The translations under genes and the position numbers were made by a program. Positions 10,226 to 19,293 of a stretch of DNA of 52,738 bases are shown here, piece by piece. Where the stretch lies: positions 1 through 52,738 of IMG/VR virus record IMGVR_UViG_3300031772_000048; one strand, given 5' to 3'. The first letter of the stretch is position 1. Each line of letters begins with the position of its first letter. The stretch comes from a virus. Its lineage: Duplodnaviria; Caudoviricetes. Under the pieces are notes generated by a model. The model saw only the letters and a list, made by a program, of their open reading frames with translations, was not told the DNA's origin and ran no database searches.

Positions 10226-10960
10226 ATGACTACATTCGGAGAAATAAACTGGAATGACGATGTGTTTCCAGATGATAACAGAAAGCAAACAAACAGTAAA
10301 GACCTGTTCCTTCGTTTAGATGAAGGGGCCAATGAGATTAGACTTCTAACTCAGCCTCACCAGTACTTGGTTCACAAGTATAAGAAAAATGGTGATACTG
10401 GTTTCGGGCAGAAGGTTCAGTGTTCCGCAATTCATGGAAGCTGCCCACTCTGCGCACAGGGTGACAAAGCCAAGCCACGTTGGTTGCTTGGCGTGATTAG
10501 CCGCAAGACTGGTACTTATAAGATTTTGGATATTTCTTATATGGTATTTACGGCAATCAGGAAGTTGAATAAGAACGTAAAGTTTGGAGATCCAACTAAA
10601 TATGATATCAACGTTGAAGTTGATAAAAACGGTGGAGCCACTGGTTATTATTCAGTGCAAGCCTATTCTAAGGAACCACTATCTGCTGCTGACCAAGACA
10701 TTAAAGACAAGATCGATTTTGACGACCTAAAGCGTAGGGTCACTCCCCCAACTCCTGAAAATGTTCAGAAGAGAATGGACAAGATTGATGGCGTAACAAC
10801 CACAGGTGCATCAAACACTTCCGCATCAGCTCCAGCTTCGACTGACGCTGCTGCCAAGAAAAGCACCAAGGCTGCCGCTCCAGCCGTTAGCATGACTGAT
10901 GATGAGGAACTAGAGAACTCTTTCCCTTCTTACGAAGGTACTGAGGCTCCACAGTCCTAA
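10226..10960 (+). CDS. Single-stranded DNA-binding protein, T4 gp32-like
   Basis: FLRLDEGANEIRLL, H...C...CPLC Zn ligands, DPTKYDI, acidic C-terminal tail; SD AGGAG. Confidence 0.8.
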   Translation: MTTFGEINWNDDVFPDDNRKQTNSKDLFLRLDEGANEIRLLTQPHQYLVHKYKKNGDTGFGQKVQCSAIHGSCPLCAQGDKAKPRWLLGVISRKTGTYKILDISYMVFTAIRKLNKNVKFGDPTKYDINVEVDKNGGATGYYSVQAYSKEPLSAADQDIKDKIDFDDLKRRVTPPTPENVQKRMDKIDGVTTTGASNTSASAPASTDAAAKKSTKAAAPAVSMTDDEELENSFPSYEGTEAPQS

Positions 10961-10985
10961 TCAAACAGTTCAGATATTGATATCA

Positions 10986-11024
10986 AAGAGGCTCACAATT
11001 CACGTTGTGAGCCTCTTCTATTTT
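10986..11024 (+). terminator. Intrinsic terminator
   Basis: 13-bp stem AAGAGGCTCACAA / TTGTGAGCCTCTT followed by CTATTTT. Confidence 0.85.
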
Positions 11025-11042
11025 CATTGATATATTACAAGT

Positions 11043-11603
11043 ATGGCAAAAACTATACTTGGGTTTGATGTGTCTAGTACAACTATAGGGTGGTGCACAT
11101 TAAATTGGAACGATACTACTAATGATATTATTCTTATGCAAATGGGTTATTTGAAACCCATTAAGAAGGGCTCTATTATAGAAAGAATAGTAGATACTAG
11201 AAATAAGATACAGAAAATTATTGTGGATGCTAAGCCAGATTATATTGCCATTGAAGACATTATTCAATTTATGCAAGGTAAGAGTACGGCCAAGACTATT
11301 ATAATGTTGACAACTTTTAATCGAATGATTAGCCTTACCTCTTATGACTATCTAGGAAAAGAGCCTACCCTTTATAGTGTAATGACTATTCGTCATGGCC
11401 TAAAGGAAGGCAAGGTTTTTCCAAAAAAAGAAGATATGCCGTCCCTTGTCGCAAAACATTTAGGAATTACATTTCCTTACGAGTACAATAAAAAGGGCGG
11501 CATTAAAGTCGAAAGTTATGATAAAGCTGACGGTGTAGCTGTCGCCCTCTATCACGCTCGCGTTTTGGCGGGTAAGGTGAAGCCTAAGGGTAAGAAGAAA
11601 TGA
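11043..11603 (+). CDS. RuvC-like Holliday junction resolvase
   Basis: ILGFDVSSTTIGW, IAIED and DKADGVAVA acidic motifs. Confidence 0.85.
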   Translation: MAKTILGFDVSSTTIGWCTLNWNDTTNDIILMQMGYLKPIKKGSIIERIVDTRNKIQKIIVDAKPDYIAIEDIIQFMQGKSTAKTIIMLTTFNRMISLTSYDYLGKEPTLYSVMTIRHGLKEGKVFPKKEDMPSLVAKHLGITFPYEYNKKGGIKVESYDKADGVAVALYHARVLAGKVKPKGKKK

Positions 11604-12538
11604 ATCTTAATGAAGCCTACACAACTCTAGAATTATCTCCGGGCGCCTCGCCAGAGGAAGCCAAGAAGAAGTACCGAGAACTTACTAAAAAGTTCCATCC
11701 AGATGTTAATAAAGAAAAAAGTGCCGAAGATAAATTCAAGAAAATTAATGAAGCGTATCAATGCATTAAAAATGGCAAGGGTAATGATCGTGAAACTATG
11801 CCTCAAAGCGGCAACCCTTGGAATGGTCATTTTACTAAACAGCAAGTTGTACAGCTAGAGCATGTTGCGGTTCATACAACTATCTCTTTTAAAGAGTCTG
11901 TATTGGGCTGCAAGAAAGAACTTAAATATTCTCGTCAGGGAAAATGTCAAAACTGCTCTGGCACTGGCGAAATACGCCTACATAATGGCTGCAAGAAGTG
12001 CGGCGGTAAAGGGCAAGTTATTGTTAATCAGGGACAAATGGTAATGGTTTCGACTTGTCCAGATTGTTTTGGTCGAGCAAAAATTGAACCATGCACAGTT
12101 TGTAGTAGCAACGGTACTTTACATACGGACGTGTCTGTACACGTATCTGTACCTGCGGGAATTATTAATGGCGCCGTTTTACGTCTCCAGGGCATGGGTA
12201 ATTACGCAGGCTCTTTTATGGGCCTAGCTGATCAGCATACAGACGCATTTTGTCATGTTGCCGTTACACCAGAGGACGGCCTGATGATAGAAGGTAATAG
12301 TGTGGTAAGTCATTTATCTATTCCATTAATAGATGCTTTGCGAGGATGTACTAGTAAAGTAAAAACTATTCATGGGGATAAAGAAATTAGCATTAAACCA
12401 CAATCTAGAAATCGTGATGAAGTACTTATTCCTCATTGTGGCGTAAGTGGTGCGGGAGACCAAAAAGTTATTCTAGACGTTCAATATCCCAAGAACACCG
12501 ATAAACTAATTGGTGTTTTGCTTGATGAGGTAATTTAA
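11600..12538 (+). CDS. dnaJ: DnaJ chaperone
   Basis: J-domain with HPD, CxxCxGxG-type repeats, C-terminal DnaJ_C domain (LRLQGMG). Confidence 0.93.
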   Translation: MNLNEAYTTLELSPGASPEEAKKKYRELTKKFHPDVNKEKSAEDKFKKINEAYQCIKNGKGNDRETMPQSGNPWNGHFTKQQVVQLEHVAVHTTISFKESVLGCKKELKYSRQGKCQNCSGTGEIRLHNGCKKCGGKGQVIVNQGQMVMVSTCPDCFGRAKIEPCTVCSSNGTLHTDVSVHVSVPAGIINGAVLRLQGMGNYAGSFMGLADQHTDAFCHVAVTPEDGLMIEGNSVVSHLSIPLIDALRGCTSKVKTIHGDKEISIKPQSRNRDEVLIPHCGVSGAGDQKVILDVQYPKNTDKLIGVLLDEVI

Positions 12539-12539
12539 T

Positions 12540-12902
12540 ATGCCATTAGCTTTATTTTGTAATAATACTTATACTGATAAATTTGGTAAGGAAAAGAAGT
12601 GTGGACAGATGGAACCATATATGGATCCTAAAACTGAGATAGTTTATTGTTCACTTTGTAATACTGAGATACCTAATATTACACACTTCACAAAAGTAAC
12701 ATTAAAGAATTTGAAACAATTTAGACAAAAGGTAGCCGTTCCTTTCGGCGTAAAATGTCAAAATTGTGGAAAAGAAGGCCAACCGAAGATTTCGGGAGAC
12801 GATATAGTTTGTCCAGGATGTGGAAAGCCACATGAACATCTAAGTGAGCCTTTCAAAATGATGTTGAAAGATAAGCTTAAAACAACGAATAAAGACGTGT
12901 AA
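12540..12902 (+). CDS. Double zinc-ribbon protein
   Basis: C..C pairs: C/C, CSLC, CQNC, CPGC. Confidence 0.7.
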   Translation: MPLALFCNNTYTDKFGKEKKCGQMEPYMDPKTEIVYCSLCNTEIPNITHFTKVTLKNLKQFRQKVAVPFGVKCQNCGKEGQPKISGDDIVCPGCGKPHEHLSEPFKMMLKDKLKTTNKDV

Positions 12903-12903
12903 C

Positions 12904-13674
12904 ATGCTAGATAAGATAGTAGAATCCTGTCAATTCTTACTAAATAACTACCCAGGCGCACTCTCCAGTAAAGCCTATCTCGACTCTCGTTTGAAAACCA
13001 TCAGTCAAGAAACTTTTGGGTTTGGATATTTTCCGGGTGTTGGGAACATGTCTGTTTTATCAGACTTAGTAGGTGAAGAGTCTCTTAGAAAAGAAAAACT
13101 TCTTTTTACTAGAGATATTGAGGACTCCCTTTTCCCCCGTAAAGTGCAATCTAGTTATTTTGAGGACTATCCTTTAATCATGCCATTTAGAGATACATAT
13201 GGCAAAGTGGTGGGATTAGTAGGGCGATCTCTTTTAAGCGATGAAGAGCGCAGTAAAACTAAATTATCTAAATATAAGAATACATCAGAGTCTTCAGTAT
13301 TTAGGAAGGGTAATCTTCTTTTTGGACTTCATGAAAATAAACAACATATATTAGATCGGAAGTTTGTTTATATCGTAGAAGGTCAGTTTGATGTTATTAA
13401 GGCTTATGAGATAGGTCTTAGAAATATTGTAGCATTAGGTACAAATAGTATGAATGCATATCAATTTTCTGTCATTAGCAGATACTCGAATAACATATTT
13501 TTGTTATTGGATAATGACAAACCGGGACATGAGGGGAGAAAACGGATCATTAGTAAGTTCGGGCAGTTGGCCCATATTCGTAATTTTTACCTACCAGACG
13601 ACTACAAAGATATAGATGAATACATCACTAAGAGTGGCATTAGTGATTATGCAGACCTGTCTTTTCACGGTTAA
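12904..13674 (+). CDS. dnaG: DnaG-type primase catalytic core lacking the Zn-binding and helicase-binding domains
   Basis: VGLVGR, KYKNT, F.KGNLLFGL, TOPRIM IVEGQFDV, LDND, KDIDE. Confidence 0.9.
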   Translation: MLDKIVESCQFLLNNYPGALSSKAYLDSRLKTISQETFGFGYFPGVGNMSVLSDLVGEESLRKEKLLFTRDIEDSLFPRKVQSSYFEDYPLIMPFRDTYGKVVGLVGRSLLSDEERSKTKLSKYKNTSESSVFRKGNLLFGLHENKQHILDRKFVYIVEGQFDVIKAYEIGLRNIVALGTNSMNAYQFSVISRYSNNIFLLLDNDKPGHEGRKRIISKFGQLAHIRNFYLPDDYKDIDEYITKSGISDYADLSFHG

Positions 13675-13802
13675 ACTATGAAAAGTGAAAGATATTATCT
13701 ACTTCAATAATTGTAAGTTAAATTGTGGTTATAATGATACGCCTGGTGATAGAAGAAGCTGAGAGCAATATAGAAACTAGGTTTAACTTTGAAGGAGGTT
13801 TT

Positions 13803-14246
13803 ATGGGCGACAAAAGACAAAATCGTTCGGATCGTTACCAATGGGTATTACTCGAAACAGTTTGTTCGAATGATATGATGGAGGCTTTTTGTAACGAGGA
13901 TAGTATCTCTGCAAGGCTTAACCCATTTCAATATGATGAGAGTTTAATGGATTTAGAAGATCAGTTAAAGAAAGAGTTTTGGAGAGTTGTAGATACACTA
14001 TTGACCCCAAGACAACGAGAAGTAATTCGACTTTATGCTGACGGCTATACTCAGATGGAGATAGCTAAGATGCTGAATGTCAACCAAAGTTCAATAACCA
14101 AATCATTAAACGGTAACGTTGATTATAAAAACGGCAAGAAGATTTATGGTGGTGCTCGCAAGAAGATTAGAAAGATTATCGAAAATGATGACAAGATCAA
14201 GGATATTCTATCTAAGATGGCGGATGCCAGAGAAGAAAAATGGTAA
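13803..14246 (+). CDS. Sigma-70 region 4-like HTH protein
   Basis: LTPRQREVIRLYADGYTQMEIAKMLNVNQSSITKSL; ATG at 13803 after SD GGAGG. Confidence 0.8.
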   Translation: MGDKRQNRSDRYQWVLLETVCSNDMMEAFCNEDSISARLNPFQYDESLMDLEDQLKKEFWRVVDTLLTPRQREVIRLYADGYTQMEIAKMLNVNQSSITKSLNGNVDYKNGKKIYGGARKKIRKIIENDDKIKDILSKMADAREEKW

Positions 14247-14371
14247 TTCGGATGAATAAGCAGGTAATATTCTGAAATCTACCTAGTAGGTTCACCTAAT
14301 CAATAAAGTACAGAATATTATCAATATTTCTCTATCTATGATAGGGTATATTCTGTTCAATGGGAGACACG

Positions 14372-14836
14372 ATGCCAAAATTTTCAGTTGATTACTCAGG
14401 TTTAGTCAGTTCTATTACTAAGAAGGCTTATCGCCTTTCTGATGTAAAAGACCAGCTAGAAACGGTAGCTTTTGACGTAGTTAGATTTAAAGATGCCGAT
14501 AAAGGTGCTGACCTGTGGCAAGTTCAAAGTGCAGATGATGGCGATTACATCGTAGCCCTGTATGATGATGAAGATGAAGTTGAGAAAACTGCTTCTAATC
14601 CTTGGGGAGTCTTTGTAACTAAGAACGGTCACGACTTACAAGTCTCTTATAAAGGAGACCCTCTTGTAAGATTGGCGGCCTCTAAACTTGGTATACCAAG
14701 CGCTGAATTGCATAAAGCTGAGCAATATCTGCCAGAAAAATTAGCCACTAACAAGAAACTCGTCAAGGCTTTGTTGAGTGAGCTAAGCGAAACTGCTAGA
14801 CATGAGGTATCCAAGCGATACCCGGAGCTGGTATAA
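14372..14836 (+). CDS. Hypothetical head-region protein
   Basis: SD GGGAG before ATG 14372; contains VEKTA. Confidence 0.75.
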   Translation: MPKFSVDYSGLVSSITKKAYRLSDVKDQLETVAFDVVRFKDADKGADLWQVQSADDGDYIVALYDDEDEVEKTASNPWGVFVTKNGHDLQVSYKGDPLVRLAASKLGIPSAELHKAEQYLPEKLATNKKLVKALLSELSETARHEVSKRYPELV

Positions 14837-14851
14837 CGGAATAGGTGTTCA

Positions 14852-16453
14852 ATGAGCTTGGATAAAATACATCAATTAGTAGGGTCTCTAGCAAAAGCGG
14901 TAGATGACAATCAAAAAATTGCCACCCCGATTCTAGCAGCCAAATTAGCGAGATATGCCGAAGCCTATCCACATGATCAGACTATTGGGATTATGTCCCG
15001 AGTTATTGATAAAATGGTTAGCAATAACACAACGTTTATTCGTAAGGCTGAACTTAAATCGCTCTACAATAAATTTTATAATCGTAACTCTAAGTTTGCA
15101 GATTTGTTTACCGCTGAAATGGGCGAAGAAGCACCAGAGTCAGAAGTGACAACTTACCAACGTGATGAGTCTGTTAAAACTGATCCTTATCATGTAGGAG
15201 ATCAAGTTTTGGCTAATGCTTTGGCAAGCGCTTTTGATAATCAATTGCCTCTAAAAATGTACTCTCAACCAGTTGCTGAGAGGGCTGCCAGATCTGTTGG
15301 TACCACTCTAGATGCTTGGAGCCTTAAACCTTCCAAGTTAACTGTTGCCGATGGTAATGATAAATTCATTATAATCAAGGCTGATTATGAAACTCCTAAA
15401 GGAGTTACCAGCTTCTACGTACCAGTAGAAGTAAAAAAGAATGATGTAGTTGACCCAGAAGTTTTTATGGGCAATACCGGTCCTGAAGATCTTAATCACA
15501 CTACTATTAAAGCCTATTTAAGACAACAAGCTGGCACTAAAACTAAGGTCGGTGCTACTGATATTTTGACCGCACTTACTGCCGCCGCCAGCGATAAACG
15601 TGAAGTAACTGCAGCTGAACTAGCTGTCACTCGTCTTAATGCAACTCGTCAGGGAAAATCTGAATTCTTCCAGAATCAGGTTGTCGGACTCAAAGTAGAA
15701 GCCGCCGCTAAAAAAGATGTTGAACTTCCTAAGTCAGACGAGTTTTTCTCTTTCGAAGAAAAATTCACTACTCCACAAGGTTTGGCCTCCTGGAGATTTG
15801 GTCCAGAAAAAGTTAGCAGCGCTAAGAACCACGTTTCTCGCGAGCTGCAGTCCATGGGATTTTCTAATCACCAGGTAGTAATTGCCGGTAATGATGATCA
15901 CACCATTCATTGTGGCGTATCTTTGGAAACTGGTAAACTAGCTTTTATGGTTCCAATTAGAGTAATTGATAACAAACTACAGAAGCCAACCGTTATGTTA
16001 TGTAATGGTTCTGTTACCAGTTTTGATAAAGCCGGAATTAATAGTCTTGTTTCTACGAATAAAACCGATGTTAAGATGGCTGCCGTTGCCTCTACTATGT
16101 CCGCCCTTAAGCCAAGTGAGATTGTTAGCAATCTGCGCCAGGCCCTTTCTGAAGATAATTATGCTAAGGCAGAAGATGCCCTTAATGTATTAGCCAATGC
16201 TGGAGATCAAAAAGCCTATGCCATTGCATTTGAACTTTATATGAACGGATTAGCCGGACAAAAAGTGGCCGAAACAAAATGTTCTAAAATGATAAAGAGC
16301 GCTAATAGCGAGTATCCAGTTTGTTCACACACGGGTTTGCCAGTTAACAAGGTGTACCAAGATAAGAGTGGATTCTGCCGACCATTATACCGTCAGGGTA
16401 TGGATGAAACCTATGAAGGAGCATCCTTCATTAATTCAAAGATTTTCGGGTAA
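14852..16453 (+). CDS. Hypothetical structural protein with an internal domain duplication
   Basis: 533 aa; two copies of a ...F.VP(V/I).V......P.V... domain. Confidence 0.75.
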   Translation: MSLDKIHQLVGSLAKAVDDNQKIATPILAAKLARYAEAYPHDQTIGIMSRVIDKMVSNNTTFIRKAELKSLYNKFYNRNSKFADLFTAEMGEEAPESEVTTYQRDESVKTDPYHVGDQVLANALASAFDNQLPLKMYSQPVAERAARSVGTTLDAWSLKPSKLTVADGNDKFIIIKADYETPKGVTSFYVPVEVKKNDVVDPEVFMGNTGPEDLNHTTIKAYLRQQAGTKTKVGATDILTALTAAASDKREVTAAELAVTRLNATRQGKSEFFQNQVVGLKVEAAAKKDVELPKSDEFFSFEEKFTTPQGLASWRFGPEKVSSAKNHVSRELQSMGFSNHQVVIAGNDDHTIHCGVSLETGKLAFMVPIRVIDNKLQKPTVMLCNGSVTSFDKAGINSLVSTNKTDVKMAAVASTMSALKPSEIVSNLRQALSEDNYAKAEDALNVLANAGDQKAYAIAFELYMNGLAGQKVAETKCSKMIKSANSEYPVCSHTGLPVNKVYQDKSGFCRPLYRQGMDETYEGASFINSKIFG

Positions 16454-16456
16454 TCC

Positions 16457-17479
16457 ATGAGAATAGTTAGATTGGCAGATTTATTTGAGTCAAAATATGA
16501 TCTCAAATCTGAAGCTGCCACCCCCAGAGAAATTTATAGTGATATCAAAAGGGAACTAACAGACGCCTATAATAATTACATTAATCAGAGAACTGCAGTA
16601 AAAGCTTACAACATAGTTCCATTATTGGGTAACGCAGGAGAAATTAATTGTAGGCGCATAATATCTTTAATGAAGGATGTTCATGAAAACATTAATGATA
16701 AAACACCATCTACCCTTCTGAGAGAAGTAAATAGTGTTTTAGCCGTTATTAGCGAGCTGCAAGAAGACAATCACAAAAAAGTTAGAAATAGCATTCGTCA
16801 ACATTGGATAGATGTTAATAGAAGAGTTCCTACCGACAATGAAATGGGGATGGCTTTATCCAAGTGGGAACAAGTAGTTAATAAAAAGCTAGCTAGTATT
16901 TTAAGTAAAGAAGCTGAAAAGCTAAAGAAAATATCCAGAAGTGATGAAACTATCATGGGCCGCCCCACCGAACCTATGGTTAGAGAGCCAACTAAACAAG
17001 AACAATTTATGTTTAGACAGACTCCATTAGCCTCACATCATCATGTAGATGATGGAGATATGTTTTTTAAGATTTGGGATAATCCAGAATTAAAACCCAA
17101 CCTAATTCGCCTTATCAATAAAAGTAGATATAGACACGCTCCCCTAGAAACAGATCATAAAATTATGAGAGAAGTTTTGTCTATACTAAAAGCACAACGA
17201 AGTAAAGTAACTAATGAAAATTTGTTTAATGTTCCCGAAGAAGAGGCTAAACGTCAATTAAGTGTTCTGCCACCAGAAGAAGTTTGGAATCGTCAAATGC
17301 AAGAGGCAAAAAGATTAAAACAAGAAGAGCCAGATCCAGAAGATCTTTTAAATAGAGATGATGCCCATAGACGTAGGCTTGAGCAAGAGAGGCTGAAGCA
17401 AATCGAGGAAGATCGCGAGAGACTTGTTAAAAGCGAAGGCAGCTCTCGACTTGAAAAAATATTAAAGAGGTACCAATGA
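16457..17479 (+). CDS. Hypothetical protein
   Basis: 340-aa ORF overlapping the next gene (ATGA). Confidence 0.7.
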   Translation: MRIVRLADLFESKYDLKSEAATPREIYSDIKRELTDAYNNYINQRTAVKAYNIVPLLGNAGEINCRRIISLMKDVHENINDKTPSTLLREVNSVLAVISELQEDNHKKVRNSIRQHWIDVNRRVPTDNEMGMALSKWEQVVNKKLASILSKEAEKLKKISRSDETIMGRPTEPMVREPTKQEQFMFRQTPLASHHHVDDGDMFFKIWDNPELKPNLIRLINKSRYRHAPLETDHKIMREVLSILKAQRSKVTNENLFNVPEEEAKRQLSVLPPEEVWNRQMQEAKRLKQEEPDPEDLLNRDDAHRRRLEQERLKQIEEDRERLVKSEGSSRLEKILKRYQ

Positions 17480-18189
17480 GAATTGCTGAACTATTAAATG
17501 CTATGGCCTCTTGGCTAGAGAGTCCAAACAACGAAGCCCTATTACTTGCTGAAGCTGATGAAAAATGCATGCGAGTAGTCGCAGAATCTTGTGTGCTTGC
17601 CGCTGAGCTACTCAAGAAGGCTGCCGATGAAGTGGATGTTCTTGAGTCTCCATCTGAGTCTATCATCACCTCAGAATCTATTGAAGAGACTGCCGCCCTC
17701 GCAAATGCACTTGATGCATCTGGAGATCCGCAACTTAAGAGAATGGCTTCCGTTTTAGACGAGCTATTGCTAACTGTTGCCGCTCCCCCAAACGCTTATG
17801 CTGAGCGCAAAGACTTACAAGATCAAAGAGCCGAAGAAATAAAAAAGAAATATGAAGGTCCTCGTAAGGATTTGCACAAGTATAATCATATTGAAAAATC
17901 TGAAAAAGCTATTGAAGAAAGTGGATTCACTAAAACTTACAAAATTTTAGAGGCCCCATTAAGCTCTCGTTATTGTCCTGATCACCCAGGTGCCCAAATT
18001 GCACGCGTGGGCGAGCACATGTGGCAATGTGATTTAGACAAAAAAACCTATAATTTTGAAACGGGTTTTGAGCTTGCTAACGGATCTAAAGTGCCTGGTG
18101 GAGATGTAGCGCAACAGACACAAGGTTTAGATACGCCATTCCATGCTATTTTTGACACGCGTGAAGGTAGATTAGGGTATAACAAATGA
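17476..18189 (+). CDS. Putative head-cargo protein with targeting-like helix and C-terminal Zn-ribbon-like motif
   Basis: ALANALDASG...ASVLDELL; RYCPDHPG...WQC. Confidence 0.7.
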   Translation: MRIAELLNAMASWLESPNNEALLLAEADEKCMRVVAESCVLAAELLKKAADEVDVLESPSESIITSESIEETAALANALDASGDPQLKRMASVLDELLLTVAAPPNAYAERKDLQDQRAEEIKKKYEGPRKDLHKYNHIEKSEKAIEESGFTKTYKILEAPLSSRYCPDHPGAQIARVGEHMWQCDLDKKTYNFETGFELANGSKVPGGDVAQQTQGLDTPFHAIFDTREGRLGYNK

Positions 18190-18437
18190 GTCAAAAAATA
18201 CTTAAAAAACTTGCTAGTATATTTTCTAATCAACAAAAAATTCTACAGAAGTTGGCGCTAGGTGACGATAAAGCAGAGTCTGTTTTTTTATCTGAGATGG
18301 AAAAAATTAAACAGACACCAGAATGGCAAAACGCCTCTCATGAGAAAAAGTTAGATTTTGAATCTGATTTAAGAGAAGCTGTAAGAGCTTTAGTATCAGA
18401 AGATGTGACAATGGGCGATCCTAATGACCTTGGATAA
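18186..18437 (+). CDS. Small hypothetical protein
   Basis: 83 aa, ATGA overlap, LQKLA motif. Confidence 0.6.
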   Translation: MSQKILKKLASIFSNQQKILQKLALGDDKAESVFLSEMEKIKQTPEWQNASHEKKLDFESDLREAVRALVSEDVTMGDPNDLG

Positions 18438-18579
18438 GCACATCGAGAATTTTCACAAAACAATTAGCGAGATACTGTCATCAATGGATTCTGAGGCGGC
18501 TTGCCAATTTGTGAAGTCATTCGAGGAAAAATTAGATGAACAAAAATGCACTCAAGAAAATTCTGGATCATCCAGATAA
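18424..18579 (+). CDS. Possible 51-aa protein not in the ORF track
   Basis: MTLDKHIENFHKTISEILSSMDSEAACQFVKSFEEKLDEQKCTQENSGSSR fills an otherwise empty gap and overlaps both neighbours. Confidence 0.4.
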   Translation: MTLDKHIENFHKTISEILSSMDSEAACQFVKSFEEKLDEQKCTQENSGSSR

Positions 18580-19291
18580 AGATGAAATCATTGCAAAATT
18601 AGTATTAGACTATCCTGCTAAGGATATTCATGATTGGCTTGCCGCTAAATATACAAATGTTAGTGAAGCTAAATTTGTAATTGCTGAAAAGTCAATTAAA
18701 GTATTCAAAGAAAATTATTTAGATGTCTATTCCATGATCCGTGAAGACATGATGAAGACTAAGCAAGCTCTAGCTACCAGTACAGAAGACCAATTAGAAT
18801 TGGCTGTAAAGAGCAACCCAACGTACAAGAGTAAAATGTTGGAATTAGCTGGTAAAGAAATAGATGTGCGTCAAATGGTTGCACATATGTGTATTGCTAT
18901 AGAAACACGTTTAGGTCAAGTTTTTGATGAAATTCAAGAAGACCCCCGTAATATCAATTCTAGGATAGACCGCGTTTTAATTGAATACGGCGAACTCCTC
19001 GGCGGTTTATTGGAAAAATATTATAAATTCACAGAAAACCCCGCCGACCTAGTAATCCAGCATAACGTAACTTTGCAGGTAGTGGATCAGCATATTTCGG
19101 TATTTCATGATGTAATCCGAGATGTTTTGTCACAATTGGATTTGGAAAGCTCCATGTTATTTATGGAACTTTTCAATGAAAAAATGTCTAAGCTAAAGCC
19201 ACCAGCTTCAGAACAGGCCATGAATACTGACACGAAGCTAGCTGAAGCAAAACTAATCAACGAAACCATTAACAAAAAGTTGAATAACTAA
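18536..19291 (+). CDS. HTH plus helical protein, candidate terminase small subunit
   Basis: KILDHPDKDEIIAKL...IHDWL N-terminal HTH-like segment followed by long helices; located in the packaging region. Confidence 0.4.
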   Translation: MNKNALKKILDHPDKDEIIAKLVLDYPAKDIHDWLAAKYTNVSEAKFVIAEKSIKVFKENYLDVYSMIREDMMKTKQALATSTEDQLELAVKSNPTYKSKMLELAGKEIDVRQMVAHMCIAIETRLGQVFDEIQEDPRNINSRIDRVLIEYGELLGGLLEKYYKFTENPADLVIQHNVTLQVVDQHISVFHDVIRDVLSQLDLESSMLFMELFNEKMSKLKPPASEQAMNTDTKLAEAKLINETINKKLNN

Positions 19292-19293
19292 TA

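Noticed and set aside
13725-13802. GTG-start N-terminal extension of the sigma-like ORF
   Set aside because: A strong SD (GGAGG) precedes ATG 13803, and the upstream part looks like promoter/leader sequence.
406-14246. Bacterial chromosome origin suggested by dnaE, recA, dnaJ and dnaG
   Set aside because: These genes are divergent, sit with a gp32-like SSB, and are contiguous with terminase, portal, protease and capsid genes; there is no bacterial synteny.
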